A stretch of 34,506 bases of DNA. It comes from a virus. Location of the stretch: UHGV virus genome UHGV-0828925; one strand, 5' to 3'. Below the pieces are notes generated by a model. That model was not told the origin of the DNA. It ran no database searches and saw only the letters and a program-made list of their open reading frames with translations. Position 1 is the stretch's first letter; each line of letters starts with the position of its first letter. The translations under genes and the position numbers were made by a program. Below, in pieces: positions 31,348-34,506 of the stretch.

Positions 31348-31716
31348 TTAGTCAGCGAAGGTTAAGACGAGAATTACCTTAATGATGTCTGCTACAACAG
31401 ACACGGCCATAGATAAACCAAAGACAATCCAAGCCATAGAGATGTCTTCACTACCATCGTATAGAGTTCCGTAATCACTGGTGTAAGGCGTAAATGTCGC
31501 GCCTTGATACAATAGGTATAAGCTTGATCCATAGAGGAAAAATGCAGATATCCCTTGTATTGCCATGATCACCAGAATCATGAAACGAGCTGATCTATGC
31601 GCCCAAGCCTGGCTTATTTTTTCTGATAGAGATTTCGCAATAAAAGCATGCGCTAAGCCGTAAATTGTCGAGATTGCCAACATCCCAAAAAAGCTTGCTA
31701 TAGCGGTTCCAACCAT
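31348..31716 (-). CDS. Four-helix membrane protein co-transcribed with cI (rex-position accessory gene)
   Basis: About 122 aa from ATG with AAGGGG SD 18 nt after the cI stop (track ORF 31348..31737 starts with TTG); four hydrophobic segments. Confidence 0.7.
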   Translation of the reverse strand: MVGTAIASFFGMLAISTIYGLAHAFIAKSLSEKISQAWAHRSARFMILVIMAIQGISAFFLYGSSLYLLYQGATFTPYTSDYGTLYDGSEDISMAWIVFGLSMAVSVVADIIKVILVLTFAD

Positions 31717-31733
31717 AAGCGCCCCTTGCGTGA

Positions 31734-32450
31734 TCAAACCAGCCTTAGTTTTGTCTCAATTGCAACGCCTATAATCTTGCAGTTTCCATTGATTGGCACG
31801 AGAGGCCATGCAGGATTAAGCCCCTTGAGGTATTTATTTCCGCCGTCGATTATCAGCTTCTTGAATGTTGCTTCGTTAGAGTCAGAAAGTTTTGCTATGA
31901 CCAAGCTGCCGTTGATCGCCTCCCTTCCGGTATCGAAAAGAACGAATGTTCCCTCTGGAATGCTTAACCCAACCGGTGCCGTCATTGAATCACCTTCCAC
32001 TTTAAGCCAGAACGCATTACCTTGAATATGCGCGTCAGACTCAAGCCAAACATCTATGTCTTTAATGGTGTATGGTTCGCATGCTTCACACCACGAGCCA
32101 GCCTGGATACTGCTTAACACCGGATACCTCTTTCCTGCTCTGTATTCCCCTGCATACCTTACGTTGGCATCGCTCTTAAGGCTTTCTGCCTGTTCTGCAA
32201 CCTTGGCAGCAATTGACTGGCTAAAATCAGCAATTGAGACTTGCAACAATCGTGCAAAACCAGATGCAACCTCAACGTTTAGCGCATTTCTGCCATTAAG
32301 ATAATGCCCTACCGCTCCTTGGGTGATACCCAGTTCATCAGCGATTGAGTATTGGGTTATTCCCAATTCTTTCTTTTTTGACTCATACAAAGCCTTAAGC
32401 CGCTTAGCGTCTTCCAGCTGTTCTGTCGTCAGTGATTTTTTATTTTCCAT
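31734..32450 (-). CDS. cI: CI-type prophage repressor (HTH + S24 LexA-like autocleavage domain)
   Basis: 238 aa; N-terminal LTTEQLEDAKRLKALYESKKKELGITQYSIADELGITQGAVGHYLNG (lambda-cI-like HTH); C-terminal FWLKVEGDSMTAPVGLSIPEGTFVLFD...ATFKKLIIDGGNKYLKGLNP (S24 Ser/Lys dyad region). Confidence 0.92.
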   Translation of the reverse strand: MENKKSLTTEQLEDAKRLKALYESKKKELGITQYSIADELGITQGAVGHYLNGRNALNVEVASGFARLLQVSIADFSQSIAAKVAEQAESLKSDANVRYAGEYRAGKRYPVLSSIQAGSWCEACEPYTIKDIDVWLESDAHIQGNAFWLKVEGDSMTAPVGLSIPEGTFVLFDTGREAINGSLVIAKLSDSNEATFKKLIIDGGNKYLKGLNPAWPLVPINGNCKIIGVAIETKLRLV

Positions 32451-32461
32451 AGCTTAATTCT

Positions 32462-32527
32462 AATAGCTAAGGTACTTAAACTAAAAATACCCTGAGTATT
32501 GATTGCTTTGAATACCTGTAGTATTCT
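32462..32527. promoter_or_regulatory. OR operators with pR and pRM
   Basis: Sites AATAGCTAAGGTACT (32462..32476), AATACCCTGAGTATT (32486..32500), AATACCTGTAGTATT (32511..32525); pR -35 TTGATT (32499..32504), 17-bp spacer, -10 TATTCT (32522..32527). Confidence 0.65.
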
Positions 32528-32556
32528 TTGTTCATGGTTAATAACGGAGAGTGCAT

Positions 32557-32751
32557 ATGATTCGAATGACACTTGCCGATTACGCCAAAATCCATGGACA
32601 GGCTAAAGCAGCCAGTGACTTTGGTGTAATCCAGTGCGCTATCAGCAAGGCCATTCTGGCAGGCCGTAACATTATGGTTACGGTAAAGCCTGATGGCAGT
32701 GTGATTGGAGAGGAAGTTCGTCCTTTCCCAAGCAACAAGAAAAACAAATAG
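32557..32751 (+). CDS. cro: Cro-like repressor
   Basis: 64 aa from ATG with GGAGA SD (track ORF starts 6 nt earlier at GTG); ...KDYA.. / [28 protein letters not shown]...[13 protein letters not shown] parallels lambda Cro. Confidence 0.85.
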   Translation: MIRMTLADYAKIHGQAKAASDFGVIQCAISKAILAGRNIMVTVKPDGSVIGEEVRPFPSNKKNK

Positions 32752-32757
32752 TAACAA

Positions 32758-32802
32758 CGCTCTTTAACAGTCATGGTCCTCATTCCCGCCGAAATGCGGG
32801 AA
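32758..32802 (+). promoter_or_regulatory. nutR: nutR (boxA + boxB)
   Basis: boxA CGCTCTTTAACA at 32758..32769; boxB hairpin TTCCCGC-CGAAAT-GCGGGAA at 32783..32802; followed by hairpin GCGCAT-AAGTTG-ATGCGC (tR1 region). Confidence 0.7.
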
Positions 32803-32859
32803 TACAACGCGCATAAGTTGATGCGCATAACTTCTTATTTGTTAAGGAAATACTTACAT

Positions 32860-33153
32860 ATGGTTCGTGCAAACAAACGCAACGAGGCTCTAAGAATCGA
32901 GAGTGCGTTGCTTAACAAAATCGCAATGCTTGGAACTGAGAAGACAGCGGAAGCTGTGGGAGTTGATAAGTCGCAGATCAGCAGGTGGAAGAGGGACTGG
33001 ATTCCAAAGTTCTCAATGCTGCTTGCTGTTCTTGAATGGGGTGTCGTCGAAGACGACATGGCTCGATTGGCACGACAAGTTGCTTCGATTCTCACCAATA
33101 AAAAACGCCCGGCGGCAACCGAGCGTTCTGAACAAATCCAGATGGAATTTTAA
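32860..33153 (+). CDS. cII: CII transcriptional activator (lambda-like)
   Basis: 97 aa MVRANKRNEALRIESALLNKIAMLGTEKTAEAVGVDKSQISRWKRDWIPKFSMLLAVLEWGVV...; TAAGGAAATACTTACAT-ATG upstream as in lambda; internal start of track ORF 32773..33153. Confidence 0.92.
   Translation: MVRANKRNEALRIESALLNKIAMLGTEKTAEAVGVDKSQISRWKRDWIPKFSMLLAVLEWGVVEDDMARLARQVASILTNKKRPAATERSEQIQMEF
32870..32883 (-). promoter_or_regulatory. CII-binding repeat of pRE (TTGC-N6-TTGC) antisense within the cII 5' end
   Basis: Minus-strand TTGCGTTTGTTTGC directly read at the start of cII, as in lambda pRE. Confidence 0.65.
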
Positions 33154-33175
33154 TAACATCCAACGAGGTAATTAT

Positions 33176-33448
33176 ATGCGAAACAAAGGCTTTAATCCAC
33201 CTGATACACACAAAGAAGCCAAGCGTTTGCGCTTCCTTCGTTCCATTGATGAAAGAACTCAAATCTCTTTTGTGAAAGTTGCCAGAACTGAGCTTCTGAA
33301 GGCTGAGGCGAGGGCGTTGCTCCCGTCTCTACCAAAAGAGGAGGGATATACGTTCATTCCAAACGCATTTCTGGAAAAGCTGCTCAAAGAAGACATATCC
33401 GTAAGTCAGTTTAACGATGTTCTTAAGGTCTTTCGTCAAGGCAGGTAG
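33176..33448 (+). CDS. Hypothetical basic protein between cII and O
   Basis: 90 aa (MRNKGFNPPDTHKEAKRLRFLRSIDERTQISF...); GAGG SD; stop 2 nt before the O start; 3' part of track ORF 32903..33448. Confidence 0.5.
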   Translation: MRNKGFNPPDTHKEAKRLRFLRSIDERTQISFVKVARTELLKAEARALLPSLPKEEGYTFIPNAFLEKLLKEDISVSQFNDVLKVFRQGR

Positions 33449-33450
33449 TT

Positions 33451-34398
33451 ATGAGCAATACAGCAAAAATCTACGATTTCAGCGCCGCACACGAGCGCAG
33501 GAGCAACAGGATGGAGAACCAGAAAACTGGTTACATTCCGTTGTACCGGAGCATTCTGAAACAGTCATGGGCGAAAGATGTTTATCTTCGCACCCTGTGG
33601 GAAAACCTTCTCCTGAATGCCGCCAGAAAGCCATACAAAGCGAATTTCAAAGGTCATGAATGGCATCTGCAACCCGGTCAACTGGTTGTGACAGCAGCTG
33701 ATTTAGGTCTTCAGTTATGCGACAGACATGGCAAGCCAGCAAGCCGTGATCAGGTTGAGCGGATGCTTCAGGTTTTTGTGAAAGAGGGGATGATCTCCAT
33801 TGATGGAGAGAAGCAAAAAGGTCGTGTGATAACCATCACAAATTACCATGAATATGCTCAAAAAATGGACAATTTACCCGCACATGAAGCCGCACAAACA
33901 ACCGCACATGATGCCGCACATGGCGAAGCCAGTAATGGCGCGGCTTTCAGCGCACATGCCGCACATGAAAGCGCACATGAAGCCGCACAAACAACCGCAC
34001 ATCATGAACAAGAAGGTATTAACAAGAATATAAATAATACCCCCCTACCCCCCAATGGGGGCGGCGATGGGCAGGTTAAACCTGAACGTCGCAAGGCAGA
34101 ACGAATCGACTACGAATCCTTCCTGAACGCCTACAACACCGAAGTCGGTGACAGACTGCCACACGCTGTTGCGGTCAACGAGAAACGCAAACGCCGCCTG
34201 AAGAAAATCATCCCGCAACTGAAAACGCCAAACGTGGACGGTTTCAGAGCGTATGTCAGGGCGTTTGTGCATCAGGCCAAGCCGTTTTACTTCGGAGACA
34301 ACGACACGGGCTGGACGGCAGATTTTGATTACCTGCTGAGGGAAGATTCGTTAACGGGAGTTCGGGAAGGGAAGTTTGCAGACAGGGGGATTGCATGA
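33451..34398 (+). CDS. O: Replication initiator (O-like) containing the origin iterons
   Basis: 315 aa; N-terminus [10 protein letters not shown] parallels lambda O (MTNTAKILNF); internal low-complexity [10 protein letters not shown] repeats encoded by DNA iterons; stop overlaps the next gene's ATG. Confidence 0.85.
33878..34055 (+). repeat. ori: Replication origin: iterons (C/G)CGCACATG repeated at least 7 times, followed by an AT-rich tract
   Basis: CCGCACATG / GCGCACATG units between 33878 and 34010, then AACAAGAATATAAATAATA and a C-run; same organisation as lambda ori inside O. Confidence 0.7.
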
Positions 34399-34506
34399 GA
34401 CAGGATATCGAAGCGAGCGTTATCGGTGGCCTGCTGATTGGTGGATTAACACCGACTGCCAGTGACGTTCTGGCAACGCTTGAGCCGGAAGCGTTTTCAA
34501 TTCCGC
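34395..34506 (+). CDS. Replicative helicase, DnaB-like (5' partial; continues beyond window)
   Basis: [34 protein letters not shown] resembles the DnaB N-terminal region (...EAEQSVLGGLML...); P22 gene 12 position. Confidence 0.6.

Larger units (their letters stand above)
1..34506. mobile_element. Near-complete temperate P22-like phage genome, phage-form permutation with internal attP
   Basis: Gene order lysis-terminase-portal-scaffold-coat-ejection proteins-immI-tailspike-attP-int-xis-early left operon-cI-cro-cII-O-helicase; intact attP inside the window rather than attL/attR at the ends. Confidence 0.85.

Noticed and set aside
32773-33448. Track ORFs 32773..33153 (126 aa) and 32903..33448 (181 aa) as full-length genes
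   Set aside because: The first is cII with an N-terminal over-extension across nutR/tR1; the second overlaps cII out of frame, and only its 3' portion from the ATG at 33176 is plausible.
1-34506. Window being wild-type P22 or wild-type lambda
   Set aside because: The virion module and pac are P22-type, but int/xis/attP and cII are lambda-type, and the tailspike receptor domain, needle length, immunity operators and repressor match neither as I recall them.

Overview
This window is a near-complete genome of a temperate P22-like (lambdoid, short-tailed) phage in phage-form gene order. It runs from the end of the lysis cassette (Rz/Rz1), through a P22-type headful packaging and virion module (small terminase with the P22 pac sequence, large terminase, portal, scaffold, coat, gp4/10/26, ejection proteins gp7/20/16), an AT-rich immI-like region (SieA-like membrane protein, mnt, arc, Bro-N antirepressor), a tailspike, a lambda-type attP/int/xis module, a leftward early operon (exonuclease, SSB, annealing protein, cIII-like, N-like), and a cI/cro/cII immunity region, to a replication module (O-like initiator with iterons, start of a DnaB-like helicase). 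All family assignments are from reading the translations and motifs against remembered protein families; no database search was run. The parts most worth follow-up are not the conserved backbone but the accessory cargo: the AT-rich divergent gene pair between gp16 and mnt, a membrane protein co-transcribed with cI, an extra ribbon-helix-helix repressor and Cys-rich ORF in the immI region, a tailspike with a replaced receptor-binding domain, a long ORF-free leader between nutL and N, and a cluster of small genes between xis and the recombination genes. Coordinates of features shorter than 60 codons were derived by hand and may be off by a few bases.
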